IMG/VR virus record: IMGVR_UViG_3300032123_000052
Location: 1-64,000 of that record
Strand: one strand, 5' to 3'
Source: a virus
Taxonomy: Duplodnaviria > Caudoviricetes
Length of the DNA: 64,000 nucleotides
Shown one piece after another: positions 30,315 to 42,600 of the stretch. The notes under the pieces were generated by a model. That model ran no database searches. It saw only the letters and a program-made list of their open reading frames with translations, and was not told where the DNA came from. The first letter of the stretch is position 1, and each line of letters opens with the position of its first letter. Made by a program: the position numbers and the translations under genes.

Positions 30315-33300
30315 ATGCCGTATCCATTTTTGCCAGCCAACAGCCCGGCAAATCCATTTATAGGCTCTGCATATTCGATCTATGGTATACGACCGAAGGT
30401 CTCTACAATTACATTCTCAGTAGGTATAGCGGCAACGAGTGTTGATGAATATGTGACAAAGACTTTGGCTGGGGCAATGCCGACTGCAACTATTCAGAAT
30501 GGGCTTCTCACCTTTTCTGTCCCACAAACAAATTCATATATCGGGGTTGGTGACAAAATAGAGTTGGATGATGGTTCTCCGTTTTATGTATATCTCAATG
30601 AGAAAATAAATACTAGGCAATGGAGAGTGCATAATGTTACTGGGGGCGTTCCTGTCGATAAACAGTCACCACTCTCAGTAACCACTGTCGATAAAACATT
30701 TAATGACATTCGTTCTGCAATTCATGGAGATACGTCTGGCGCCTACACACTACTTGGAAATAACCATGATCTTGTGTCTAAGATGGCTATGCTTCGTATT
30801 GCCTGCTATGAAATGTATGACGACATGGGCGCCAATACCCTTTCTATTTCAAATCTATGGGTCGTTAGTAATGATTTCCGGGTGAAGATATATACGCCAC
30901 GAGATGTTTCTACCGAGTGTAATAAGAGCCAAAAGCATATCAGAGGAAGAATTGATCTTGGTGGATATAGGGTGGCGTCGTCTTCAAATGTAATTAACAT
31001 GGCTGGAAGCAGGGTAATCATTGACGGCCTTGCAATTGGAGACGGTGGCTACAACCCTGGGTATGGAATCAGAATCGACAGCAATAATGAGCTGTGTGAA
31101 GCAGTAAATAATGTGGTGGTTGGTTCAGATACTGGTATTGATGTTACGGCAACGTCGCCTGAGGAATATGCCATTGTTGATAATGTAGTGAGGGATTGCG
31201 ATTCTGGAATAATACTTAATCCGTCGTCAACTATTGGCGGAGTGTGTTTTAGCAACACTGTTGTAAACTGTTCAGTTGTGGGAATTTTATACAGCGGAAA
31301 CAACCTTACCGATATAGCGAATAATATTATTCAGGATTGTGGAATCGACATTGATGATAGTTCTGCTGGCCTTTCTAATGTTGACAACTGTATTACGAGT
31401 GACGCGTCGTGCGCTGGTGGAACAAATTGCCATCCGAACATTACCCTTAAGTTTGAAGATAAAACGAATAAAGACTATCGTCTTCATATAAGCGATACCG
31501 TCGCATATACCGGAGTGGCAGGATTAGATCTATCATCTCATGCTAAATACGGGTTCATAAAAGATATTGATGGTGAAGAGATTGATGACACTTGGTGTAT
31601 TGGAGCGTTCCATAAAACTCTTGAAGTTACATTCAGTGTTGGGCCTAACACTGATATAAAATCAGGCTCTCCTACATATTCCATTACTGGCGCAATCATG
31701 ACATTCAGCTCCGCGCAGACGCACGAACTATTGAGCGCAGGATGTGTGGTCGCAGATTCTGGTACAAACCATCTTCTTAAGCGGAAGATGTCTGGCACCG
31801 AATGGGAAGTAACTGGTTTTGACGGGACTCCGGCATCTGATGTTGTGGGGCCTGTTACTATAATAAGCATAAAACACCACACGACCAATCTTTATGATTT
31901 AATTACAGACGCAAGTGAAGCAACACACCTTGTTAACCGTCTTGGCTCAATTGATTTAGTAACAACCGACATAAACGTTAAAGTAGCATGCGTTGCCGGA
32001 ATTTCTTCGAGAGCGCCTGAGCTTGATGGATATACATGCGATCGCCATCGCCATGTTGAGATATTTGCCCCCGACCTTTCAGACGCTGATTACCTTGAGT
32101 CAAATCAGAACCGGAAGCACAATAGTAAGTGGGGAGAGCTTTCTTATATTTCGAGTACAACAGATTTCCCTGTAAACCAACCTTATGAGATATATGGTGA
32201 TCGTGGTGGAAGTGGAGTCGTCTTTAACACAGGAGCTGATTTCTGCTCTATTAAAGGGATTCAGATATCATCTTCAATCCAGGGAGTGTTGGTTGATGGT
32301 GCTAAAAACGTCACTGTGGAAGATAACATTGTAAAAGATTGTAAAGGCAATGGCATCACAGTAACTGGTAAAGAGAAATCGAATGAGAATCTTCTGGCAA
32401 AAAATATTATTTATAAGTGTGGCGGAAGTGGGATAGAAATTCAGCACGGCGCTGCATTTGAAACATATTACGAAACGAAGTTTGGGACGCCAGCCACTAA
32501 TGGTTTTATAATTACATCAATGTTCGGTCATTCTCATATTTTTAAGAAATATACCGTAACAGTTATAGCCAGTTCTGTAGACAGAATAGATTGGTTTCCT
32601 GGTCGTGTTGTTATCTATGCCGATTCTGGATCAAGTGTTGGTGATATTCTTGCGAGCGGGAATATATTTGGAACCCCGTGGGGGACAATTACTGCTGATG
32701 GTGTTGGCGCGGTAGGCGCATTGTCTGAAATTAGAATGGAAGATGCTGTTACCCTGCTCGAGTATCATGAAACTGGCCTTGGAATTAGACACTACCTGTA
32801 TAACAACACAATAACAAAATGTCAACGTGGCATTTATATAGAAACACTTGTTGAGCAGGATTGGATAACCAATGTTGCTGTGTTGAGAAACAATGATATA
32901 TTAGAATGTGAGCTGGATAATTATTACTCAACCCATGTGTTCCCGATTACCATACTCGCTGAGAACAACTGGTCTGATGACCAGTCAATATTGAACTTTT
33001 ATGGATCAAATAATGTCGATACACTTGCTCCGCGTTTTTTAAACACATCGGCTGAAGATTATCGCGCCACTCTTTACGATCTTGAAAGAATGGAAGGTAT
33101 TAACCTTGCTTCTGATGAGAATTTCCAGATCGAATATGATAATGTCGGCACTGAATATTCCACATATCCCCAGTGGGCTATTGGGGCGAATACATGGAAG
33201 TTCAGAAAAAAGTCAATTAATTGCTCTGTTGGTATTGAAGCCGGAAACCTTGATGAGTTTCCAGCCGGCAGAACGATAACAATTGAAGATGGCATAGCTG

Positions 33301-36300
33301 AATTCAGCTCAAGTGATATTAGCGGCGGTATAGGCGTTGGCGATAAAATTCAGTATGATGATGGTGGTCCTACTTATTGTTATCTTGCTGAGAAAGGTAC
33401 GAGTCATAGATGGTGTGTTGTTGATGATAGCGGAAATCACATCACCAGCCTTACCACAAAAGATGTAACTGATATTAAACGAGTATCAAACAGTTTGGAG
33501 GATGCGTTTAATACAGATATTACCACTGAGTTTTCAGATATAAGCGATAAGGATATTGCAGCTGACTTGCTTGATTTATACGTGTGGGGTTATGATGATG
33601 ACATTGATGATGTCGATGAGGTTGTTATAGACTCATGGACAACTACTCCATTTTATAGAATATATGTGCAATCCCCGTGGGACACGCGGACTCAATGCAT
33701 GTCTCGGCAGATGCATACCGGTATATGGAATGGGTACCGTGTTGTATCAGACGATGAGCCGAACGGGTCTGGCGGAATAGTAATCAGCATTATTAACACA
33801 AACCACATAGTAATTCGTGGAATCAGCGTAGAACCTCCCCCGCTCGCTGGAATAGGAATTGGAACTGATTCTGGAAGAGATGGTGTTATAATTGAAAATA
33901 ATGTGGTCAGAAATGGTGATATCGGAATAAATGTGCTTGGGGCTCTTGGCTGTGGCAACAGGGTGTATGGGAACATCCTTTATGACCAGGCCACCACAAA
34001 CATATCTGTCAATGGTGGAAGCGCGATTAACAATACTGCAATAGGAGCATCAACAAACGGTATTATAGTTACAAGCGCCGTTGATGATAATATAAATAAT
34101 ATTTGTCAAGACCAAATCACATGTTTCGGTGGGTTGGCAACGCCACGAGTCTGTATCAGCAGCGACGGCTCTGCCGGAACTAACGATGAATGCATGTCAA
34201 ACGTCACACTTAATTTCGCTGATAAAGCTGGTAAAGATTTCCACCTCCATAGAAGCGACTGGCATGCACTGAATCGCGGAGTAAAGTTCAATTCAATTCT
34301 TCCATTCAGATATATGTCCAGCGCGTATGCTACGTACTCATTTTATCGAGATATTGATAATGAGCTGATCGAAGATGGTGGTTGGTCAATAGGCGCTGAC
34401 TCATTTATTGAAATGGAAACGGTTGATCTGTATTTCTCTGCTTCGCGGGATACAACTAATTTTAGAAAAGGAACAAGCCCGTATCTTGAAATTGCAGATG
34501 GTGTCATGACTTTTTCTGAGCCTCAAGATGGCGAGGCTATGGGGATTGGTGATAAAGTTGATTACGATATTGACAATAAAATTTGCTATCTGTATAGGAA
34601 GGCCTCTGATATTGTATGGGAGGTACGTGGCAAATTTGGAATTGTCCCGCCAAATACAAGTGGGCCAATCGATTTAAACGCAATTAATAGAGCGTTTACA
34701 ATTACAACATTTAATTTGTTTGACCAGACACATGCCGGTAGTATTCAACAATTTCTTGGTGACAGCAATAACCCGTTTGTCCATTTAAGAACATCACGAT
34801 ACTCTTTGAATATTGCTATGTATAAGCACTCTATCGAACAAGAAGCTATAACATTGCGATATTTTGATAGTTATGAAAACAATCGTATCAGGTTGTTTGC
34901 ACCGAGAGATATACGCAATGAGTGTAATATATCCCAGGCTCATAATGGAAATGCTACGACCACCAATGACCAAGTATGGGTACGGTCTCAAGCGCCACCC
35001 CACGCCATTGACATGTATATCGATTATGCTGAGATAGATGGTATCATAGTCTCCGGCGACGCGGCAAATAGCACTGATTCAATAAGGCTGTTAAAGGCCA
35101 ATAATTGTAAAATCGTTAATAATCTACTATGGGGCGGAGTAAACGGAATTGCTCCTGTTGATATGGGGCATGATGATTTTACCGGTGATCATTTTCTTGG
35201 TACTATAAGAACTGATATATGGGACACAGCTTTTTATAGCAATTGGGAATTGCGAAACGTTCCTGGTGTTGGGTATGTTGCAATACCAGCATGGTCTCAA
35301 ATTGGTGTTATAAGTGATTTGACATCAGGCGCTGATAAATCTGGTGATTTTGATTATGAATTCGGTATGGTATTGGGCTCTGATAATTCAGTTGGTCAGA
35401 AACTCAGATTTATCCTTGATGATGGCGCTATTAAAGCTGAGTGTAACTGGGAAGATGGAACCCTCGATTTTGGCGGATCTCAATTAAATTTTCCATGGCT
35501 ATTTAATCGCGAATATAAAATGCGTATGGTTCGCGGCGGCACTATAACATCTGATGGTCTTTATGTAGATGATGTTGGAGAAGATAGCACCACTTCTCTT
35601 TATTATCTTGATAATTTTAATGATGGTGATGGGCATGGTTCTGGAAAATGGGCTAAACATCCTGGAGCATACACATCATGGTCTGGGGATCATCATATAG
35701 AAGTAGAAGGTCCGAAAGCACATGGATTCAGCTATATCGATTTATGGGTTGCGTCGGAGCCACTTCCTGGCGGAACAAAAATGGTTGGAAAGAATTCCAA
35801 TAATATCATTGTAAATAATACAATTTGGGACAAAGAGGGTGGCGGTATTATTACCTCAGATACTGATATTATTTACAATAACACTGTTGACGATTGTGAT
35901 CTATATTGCTATCGCAACTCTGCTTCTGATTTACTGATAAATAATATTGGGCAACGTGGAACTTCTGGGGCTTTTTACAATGGCGACACTGCTGAATTTT
36001 GTGTAGCTGATGACACGTCATTGGTAGTGACTGATGAGAATAGAAATATTAATAGTTTAACTTTAACTTTTGTTGACAAAATAAGCCCTATTGCGAGGAG
36101 GAATTATCATTTGGCATTGGCGACCGACTACCTCGCAATATGGTCAGCAAAACATCTTATTGGAAACCCAGACTATCCGTTTAATATTGATGGTGGTGGT
36201 GTGCCGAGGCGTCGTAAATGGGATCGTGGTTCTCTGGAATATCAATCGAAAAAAGTTATTTACGCCATTGGGGATGCCTACGTCGATCATCAGACAAAGC

Positions 36301-38102
36301 CTGGTGTTGGCGGTCTTACTTACATTATTAATGAAATCAATGGTAAGAGTTATATAGATTTCTATGTTCCGCAAACAAAGCTGAGTATGGGTGTTGGAAG
36401 TCAAGTTGTTGATATTGGCAACTCGTTCCCAAATGGCTGCCTTATCATAGAAAAAATAACCGAGACAAAATGGATAGTTGTTGATTATGCCGGTAATAGT
36501 ATAGCTGATAGATCAGGTTCTGTTTTTAGCATCAATAGGATTTTCAGCACATTATATGAGGCACTTGACACTTCTGGAATTGTAAGTTCTACTTATCTTA
36601 ACTCATCATCTCTTTATGCCGTCGGTGTATATGTTGAGCTTGCCTGTTATAACGAAGGAATAGGCAGAATGGTTCAACAAGCGCTAAATATTGATTCAAT
36701 AGCGTGTGATAAACATCATAATTTGCGAATAAAAACACCATACGACACAGTGACGGAATGTAATATATCGCAGAGGCATGATGGGTTGTACGATGAAGGA
36801 TTTAGATTTGAGCCTGAAGTGTTTAATGGTAGTACGGCTTCTATGTATTTCTTCCAGATGCTGTATGTCGAAATAGAAGGCATACTTCTTAATGCAGATG
36901 ATACCATTAAGGATGGAATACACCTGTTTGACTGTCGCGATGCGTACGTTGGGTATAATGTAATAAAGGATTGTGGCGGAAATGGCATATTGCTTGAGCA
37001 GGCGACAAACCCTGAAGATATCATTTTTAATAATCTGGTTTACGATTGTGTCAGAGACGGAATTGTTATAAAGGCCAATTTTAATCCATGGTTTTCTATA
37101 TTAACTCGCGTCAACAATAATACTGTCGTAAACTGCAGAAGGGCGTTTTATCTTGAAAAAGCAGATAAGAGTTATTCTGATGGCTTGTCAGTAGAGTTGA
37201 GAAACAATATTGCCCAGGATTCAAGATATCAGGATTATGTGTCAACCTATGAGAACTATTTTGGCAGATTCGCATTGTACAATTGTATCAGTGGTGATTT
37301 CTCATCATGGCTATTTCCCGGAATAAATAATATAAGAAATCAATATGTCAGATTCATCGGCAGGCCAGACAATTTTAATCTTCATAAAATACAGGACGGT
37401 TTTGCTGTAGATGATGCTTTGGATTTAAGTACTGATTGGCTGTATTCATTTTTCGATGATATAGGTGGCCGCCTGCGTGATTCAGGCGATTATGATAGAG
37501 GGGCGTTTGAAGTGGTTGATGTGTTTGGGTCTGGCAATCTTATCACCGGACCTGTTGAGATAAGTGGTATAGGTTTTGAGGGTATTGATTATCCTCTACT
37601 TATAATACATCTTCGTGATACTGTTGATGATTATCTTCCACATATCGATCCAGTGTATCAGTTTATTAATATTGAAGGCGCCACTGTCGATACTGATATA
37701 AATGCGTTTCTTGCTTCATTACCTACCACCGACAATGTTATAATTTATGTACAGGGCGGAATTGTAAAACAGGGAACTTTTGAACTTCAGGACAGAAACC
37801 CACGCACTGTTACGATTAAAACATATCCACCTGAAGTTTATCTTGGGCCAGCTTCTCATATATATTTAGGACCAATAGTTGATGGCACCAGCGACCAGGC
37901 ATTGCTTACATATGACGGTATGAAAATTTATAGTGAATCGGCCGCTGCACAGGATTATTTACTTGATAACACTGCGGTTACTAAGGCTCTGAGATTTATA
38001 AATTCTATTATCCAAGTAAATAAAGATAGTGTGATTGATAATATTCCTGATGCAACTGTTAAGGTAACTAATTCACTAATTGCATATCGAAATGGCCCTT
38101 AA
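30315..38102 (+). CDS. Giant (~2,600 aa) multi-module right-handed beta-helix protein, putative spike/adhesin or depolymerase
   Basis: Five homologous modules, each with many NN.I..C..GI beta-helix rungs and ending in F.D...DY.L...DIDG...W.IGA-type motifs. ATG 30315 has RBS ggag; the track start is TTG 30288. Confidence 0.8.
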   Translation: MPYPFLPANSPANPFIGSAYSIYGIRPKVSTITFSVGIAATSVDEYVTKTLAGAMPTATIQNGLLTFSVPQTNSYIGVGDKIELDDGSPFYVYLNEKINTRQWRVHNVTGGVPVDKQSPLSVTTVDKTFNDIRSAIHGDTSGAYTLLGNNHDLVSKMAMLRIACYEMYDDMGANTLSISNLWVVSNDFRVKIYTPRDVSTECNKSQKHIRGRIDLGGYRVASSSNVINMAGSRVIIDGLAIGDGGYNPGYGIRIDSNNELCEAVNNVVVGSDTGIDVTATSPEEYAIVDNVVRDCDSGIILNPSSTIGGVCFSNTVVNCSVVGILYSGNNLTDIANNIIQDCGIDIDDSSAGLSNVDNCITSDASCAGGTNCHPNITLKFEDKTNKDYRLHISDTVAYTGVAGLDLSSHAKYGFIKDIDGEEIDDTWCIGAFHKTLEVTFSVGPNTDIKSGSPTYSITGAIMTFSSAQTHELLSAGCVVADSGTNHLLKRKMSGTEWEVTGFDGTPASDVVGPVTIISIKHHTTNLYDLITDASEATHLVNRLGSIDLVTTDINVKVACVAGISSRAPELDGYTCDRHRHVEIFAPDLSDADYLESNQNRKHNSKWGELSYISSTTDFPVNQPYEIYGDRGGSGVVFNTGADFCSIKGIQISSSIQGVLVDGAKNVTVEDNIVKDCKGNGITVTGKEKSNENLLAKNIIYKCGGSGIEIQHGAAFETYYETKFGTPATNGFIITSMFGHSHIFKKYTVTVIASSVDRIDWFPGRVVIYADSGSSVGDILASGNIFGTPWGTITADGVGAVGALSEIRMEDAVTLLEYHETGLGIRHYLYNNTITKCQRGIYIETLVEQDWITNVAVLRNNDILECELDNYYSTHVFPITILAENNWSDDQSILNFYGSNNVDTLAPRFLNTSAEDYRATLYDLERMEGINLASDENFQIEYDNVGTEYSTYPQWAIGANTWKFRKKSINCSVGIEAGNLDEFPAGRTITIEDGIAEFSSSDISGGIGVGDKIQYDDGGPTYCYLAEKGTSHRWCVVDDSGNHITSLTTKDVTDIKRVSNSLEDAFNTDITTEFSDISDKDIAADLLDLYVWGYDDDIDDVDEVVIDSWTTTPFYRIYVQSPWDTRTQCMSRQMHTGIWNGYRVVSDDEPNGSGGIVISIINTNHIVIRGISVEPPPLAGIGIGTDSGRDGVIIENNVVRNGDIGINVLGALGCGNRVYGNILYDQATTNISVNGGSAINNTAIGASTNGIIVTSAVDDNINNICQDQITCFGGLATPRVCISSDGSAGTNDECMSNVTLNFADKAGKDFHLHRSDWHALNRGVKFNSILPFRYMSSAYATYSFYRDIDNELIEDGGWSIGADSFIEMETVDLYFSASRDTTNFRKGTSPYLEIADGVMTFSEPQDGEAMGIGDKVDYDIDNKICYLYRKASDIVWEVRGKFGIVPPNTSGPIDLNAINRAFTITTFNLFDQTHAGSIQQFLGDSNNPFVHLRTSRYSLNIAMYKHSIEQEAITLRYFDSYENNRIRLFAPRDIRNECNISQAHNGNATTTNDQVWVRSQAPPHAIDMYIDYAEIDGIIVSGDAANSTDSIRLLKANNCKIVNNLLWGGVNGIAPVDMGHDDFTGDHFLGTIRTDIWDTAFYSNWELRNVPGVGYVAIPAWSQIGVISDLTSGADKSGDFDYEFGMVLGSDNSVGQKLRFILDDGAIKAECNWEDGTLDFGGSQLNFPWLFNREYKMRMVRGGTITSDGLYVDDVGEDSTTSLYYLDNFNDGDGHGSGKWAKHPGAYTSWSGDHHIEVEGPKAHGFSYIDLWVASEPLPGGTKMVGKNSNNIIVNNTIWDKEGGGIITSDTDIIYNNTVDDCDLYCYRNSASDLLINNIGQRGTSGAFYNGDTAEFCVADDTSLVVTDENRNINSLTLTFVDKISPIARRNYHLALATDYLAIWSAKHLIGNPDYPFNIDGGGVPRRRKWDRGSLEYQSKKVIYAIGDAYVDHQTKPGVGGLTYIINEINGKSYIDFYVPQTKLSMGVGSQVVDIGNSFPNGCLIIEKITETKWIVVDYAGNSIADRSGSVFSINRIFSTLYEALDTSGIVSSTYLNSSSLYAVGVYVELACYNEGIGRMVQQALNIDSIACDKHHNLRIKTPYDTVTECNISQRHDGLYDEGFRFEPEVFNGSTASMYFFQMLYVEIEGILLNADDTIKDGIHLFDCRDAYVGYNVIKDCGGNGILLEQATNPEDIIFNNLVYDCVRDGIVIKANFNPWFSILTRVNNNTVVNCRRAFYLEKADKSYSDGLSVELRNNIAQDSRYQDYVSTYENYFGRFALYNCISGDFSSWLFPGINNIRNQYVRFIGRPDNFNLHKIQDGFAVDDALDLSTDWLYSFFDDIGGRLRDSGDYDRGAFEVVDVFGSGNLITGPVEISGIGFEGIDYPLLIIHLRDTVDDYLPHIDPVYQFINIEGATVDTDINAFLASLPTTDNVIIYVQGGIVKQGTFELQDRNPRTVTIKTYPPEVYLGPASHIYLGPIVDGTSDQALLTYDGMKIYSESAAAQDYLLDNTAVTKALRFINSIIQVNKDSVIDNIPDATVKVTNSLIAYRNGP

Positions 38103-38167
38103 GGGAGTTAAATGTGGCAATAAGTAGTTTCGGATAAATATCAACTTTTTTAGAAAGGTGACACGTT

Positions 38168-38686
38168 ATGTCGATAAAATTATTAAGAGAATACGGAGTT
38201 GGAACGATAATTGATTTTGCATTGTTCGATCCACCAGGCGCGAACCTTATCGCCACAGCGGTTCATGCTGCGGGAGATACGAAAATATCTATAGATGGCG
38301 CCTCAGAAAATCCAACTATTAATGGATTTGTCAATGTTGATCAGGGGTACAGGATTGCGCTTGACGCGGCAGAAGTTACCGGGAAAAGCATGCGTATTCC
38401 AATTGTAGACCAAGACCCTTCAAAAGTATGGCTCGACGATTTCATACTTATAGAGACATACGGGCATGCGCTTGCGATGCACCAATTTGCTACATTGAAT
38501 ATGCTCATTGATGGCGTTACTGTTGAGCACATTCACGAATTGCTCATGGCAATGGCGAATGGCCGATTTCTAAAAGATACTCCAACTACCAATGATATAA
38601 CTTTTTATAAACGCGACAATTTGACACCGTTAACGGTGGTACATGTTGATGACCAAACGGGTGAAAGAACCAGGCTCTCTCCATAA
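38168..38686 (+). CDS. Conserved hypothetical virion-associated protein
   Basis: RBS gaaaggtg. Motifs REYGVGTIIDF, AGDTKISIDG and VWLDDFILIETYG resemble a family I recall from environmental phages. Confidence 0.55.
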   Translation: MSIKLLREYGVGTIIDFALFDPPGANLIATAVHAAGDTKISIDGASENPTINGFVNVDQGYRIALDAAEVTGKSMRIPIVDQDPSKVWLDDFILIETYGHALAMHQFATLNMLIDGVTVEHIHELLMAMANGRFLKDTPTTNDITFYKRDNLTPLTVVHVDDQTGERTRLSP

Positions 38687-38699
38687 CGGAAGGTAGCAA

Positions 38700-39602
38700 G
38701 TGGCCGATCTGCATTTAGTAAAAAATGGAAATAACGGAAATGAAATTCAGAATTCCATTGTGATATCGTATAATGGCAACGATTTAGACTTTTCTACTAC
38801 TGACACCCCGGTGGGAGATGTGGTCTATAATCTAATGACGTATAATTATGGTGCTGGAAACCTTGGAATAGTGAATCCAGTATCAAATGTTATTGCGTCT
38901 CAACCAAATGCTGATCCGTTATTTACAGAGGCAGAACTTACTGAGCAACTGTTTGATATTGATGAGGTAATGGAAAAAGCATTTCTTCCACAGAAGCTAT
39001 CACCAGTTTTGGATAAAGGGGACAATCAGTTCGTTACTGATATACCTGTTGATATCGTTGGTAACCGCAGAGTTTATATTTCAGGTCTTGTCGATATTGG
39101 TCCGTACGAGCTTGAAGTGCATCAACTGCATTTCGTATCTGAACAAATCAGATCTATTTTTCAGGATAAAATAAGAATCGATTACACCAATCAAAGATTC
39201 ACCCCGGTCACCAGCGATGATATTTATGAAGATTTGTGGGATCAGTTTTTACTTAATCCGGAATATAGAGAAGAGTTCTCTCGTGAATCAAAAGTTATTA
39301 TTAAAATGAAAACAATCGAATCGAAATTTAAGATATCAACAGACAAGATTGATCTTCCTCTGGCTGAATATGAAGCATATTATGATAGAGGGAAAATGTC
39401 AATTATAGTATCAAAAACCGATGATTTTTTTGGCAACATGGTGAATAGTATATTTGATGATGGTAGATATGTGTTTTTCTTTAGTGAAATCGACAGTAAA
39501 CTTTTTGTGTATATAAATCCAACTTATAATAAAGGCAAGTCTGGTAAAACAAATGTTGTCAATGAGGTCCGCGCTGGCGGCTTGTCAATGGTGAATAGAT
39601 AA
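38700..39602 (+). CDS. Hypothetical protein
   Basis: 300-aa ORF, GTG start with RBS ggaagg, tightly packed. Confidence 0.6.
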   Translation: MADLHLVKNGNNGNEIQNSIVISYNGNDLDFSTTDTPVGDVVYNLMTYNYGAGNLGIVNPVSNVIASQPNADPLFTEAELTEQLFDIDEVMEKAFLPQKLSPVLDKGDNQFVTDIPVDIVGNRRVYISGLVDIGPYELEVHQLHFVSEQIRSIFQDKIRIDYTNQRFTPVTSDDIYEDLWDQFLLNPEYREEFSRESKVIIKMKTIESKFKISTDKIDLPLAEYEAYYDRGKMSIIVSKTDDFFGNMVNSIFDDGRYVFFFSEIDSKLFVYINPTYNKGKSGKTNVVNEVRAGGLSMVNR

Positions 39603-39604
39603 TT

Positions 39605-42600
39605 ATGCTAAGACTTACAAACGCACAAAGATCAACGTATCACCATAAAACCATAACTGAGTTTTCCGATATTAGCCATTTAATAGCGACTGGTGTTGCA
39701 AAAGGTTACGCGTCCAATAAGTATTCGTGGGTTTCTGACTTTCTGTTTAAGCATGCTGGAAACACATCTATTAATCCTCACATAGGGTATGCAGCATTCT
39801 ACAGTGAGAGAGATATATTTCAGCAAGAATATGGAAATGTAGTTAGGCTTCAGGATGAATATCCATTTCTCAGTGAGTATGATTATTCTATATTTCCGAA
39901 ACACTATGGCGAACTTTCTACAAAACAATATTTTAAAGTTGGGCAGAAGTTCTCGGAATATGATATTATCCAGTATTTAAATTTTTCCAAGTTTTATCCA
40001 CTGACCACCGGGTCAACAGATCTTGAATATTCAAGAGGCAGGGTTAAATTTAATATTAATCATGGGCGGTATAGAAATCCTGCTTTTTATGCTCAGGGCT
40101 ATAAGTTGGATATGAGTGACAATGAAGAGGGCCAGGAGTATGAATATTTCGATAGATATTTGTGGACGAACCCAAAAGATATTGAGCCTGGCAATAGTGT
40201 GTACAAAGAGTATATAATCAATGAAACAGATTTTGACATAACTCTTCTTCCGGTATTTACTGATTACTACGGCGACAGTGATATACCTGCTATAATTGCT
40301 TTTAATCAAAATAACAATGATATAAAGAGATTGTTTGATTACAAACTATTGATTGATAATCCTGAATTTCATCATTTTCCTGTTGGCGCTAATAATTGGG
40401 TTGTTAATCAAAATAATATTAATGCTGGAAGTGGTAAATATTATCCATACGTAGGTTTTGTACAATGTTTTCTTGATGGTTGGAAGTTTATATCTCCGTA
40501 TTATGAGTACCAAAACCCATCATTGGTACCACCAGCCCAAGGATATATACAATTCTATCCTGAAATTACTCAGAATGGTGTGTTAGAGCCAGCTAAAGTA
40601 TTAATTAATTGGGGGAGATACTTACATGGCGGCGCTGCCATTCCAAGATCTGGTGTATGCGTTTTTAATTCAGGAATACATCTTGGAGAAGCTGATGACC
40701 AATCGAGAATTGTATACAACATTTGCAAACACATGACAATATGGGATAGTGCCTCAGAACGGTTTGTGCTATATAAAAAAGCTCCTAAATACCCTGGGCA
40801 CCTCACGGGCGAAGACGTTCTATTCGGCATAGATTTAGACACAGAACGCAACAGAAGAAATTCTGCAGTTATTATGACTGAACCATATTTTACCGTGAAG
40901 CCAATAGCAAACGGGCAAGCTGCGAAAATATCATTTGTTGATTATAAAAACACCCCGATAGAACATACCGATTTTGAAGACTTTGAAAACGACCCATCGA
41001 TGTATTTAAAAATTAAAGCGCCGCTCACATTTATTAAAGAGCTTGACCGACACCTGGCGCTTAATGAAGTTAACACTGACATAATTGATACATTGATTAT
41101 AAAAAATCCTCGACCAAATTATGAGATGTTTAATTCAGACGCGCTTTTTTATGACAATTTCGGCGATGACAACAAGACATTGCTGTATCGTCAGGAATTC
41201 TGCCTTGATGACCTTATTGAGGGAATGGTTGGAGCCGGGACACATAGAAAGTTTTTTATAACAGCGTTTGGCCCGCGGGCAAACAAGTACAGCGATGATG
41301 AAATGAAGGTGTCAGGAATGGGGTTTGTGTGCAAAACAATGGTTAATCAGGCTGGTGAGATTCAACTTGGACACGATGAATATCTACACGTTTATTGTAA
41401 TAACCACACTTTTACAAACGCACCACCAGCAGGTGACAGCGACCCGGACCACGCTATACCAAATATTGATATTGAAGTATTAACAGACACATCAATTGTC
41501 ACCCGGATACAGCAGCACGAAAAATTCAAACCAATGTTAAAACTTCCAGGGATAAATGGATATATAAAAATATTGGAAAGAAATTCACACTTTAAAATAA
41601 ATAGGGCACCAGATGGTGAATATGAAATTATATACAATGTTGAGTTTCCATTTTGCCCAGGCTCCACCTATGAACGCATCGTAATGAATTTTGGAATAGT
41701 TGAAGGTATTACTCCTGAAACTTCAGGGCAGCATATAAATCATGAATTCCTTCTTAGTCAGATATTTTATAAAGCTGATTATATAAACGCAGGCTCTTGG
41801 GAAGTAACAGAAGTTGGCCCAGATAAAAGATACGACCTAACCAACGAGAGGTATTCGCCATTTGGTGATGATTCGTTTACTCATCACGAATTGTTTCAAC
41901 AGATTAGCCCTACGCTTGATATATTCAATTGTATCAGTATACCGTGGGTTCATTATTATTATGACGAAATATTTACGTTTGAAGAATTTGATAAACCAAT
42001 TCTCCATAGCGAAACGATTCAATATCCTGCAAGACTTATCTGGGAGCCACTTGAATGGAATTTGCTAAGCCTTATTAAACCGCAAACCCTGGGATTTGAA
42101 AAGTATGGAACATATAATATAAATGTACTTCAAGACAGAAAGCTTTTTTCTATTGATAATGCCATTGAGTATTTCTCGAGCGATTTACAATTAATTGCGC
42201 TTGCTGATAACAGGCAGTGGCAGTTCGACAAAGATAAATACGCATCATTCATCGGCAGAGAAAATCCTGCATATGTCTGTGAGATGGATATCTCTACACT
42301 TTTTGAAGACTTTCAGACGTACCAAGTCAAAAATGGCGCAATACCTGATGTTAAAAGGTGGCTCTATGGATATTTTTCAGGATTTGCCCATATGATGGCA
42401 ACGACCTCAGATCCTGAAACGAGAAGTGAAACAACCGCCCCTGGGTCAGAGTTTATAACCACACAGGCCGCACAATCAAATATCGTTATTGAAATATGGG
42501 ACGCTGGTTCTGATATAGGCAATGGGAAGTCTGGAAATTGGAGACCGCTATCGTCGATATCGTCAGACACTGAAAAAATTGCTGGTGAATTGATCTTAGA

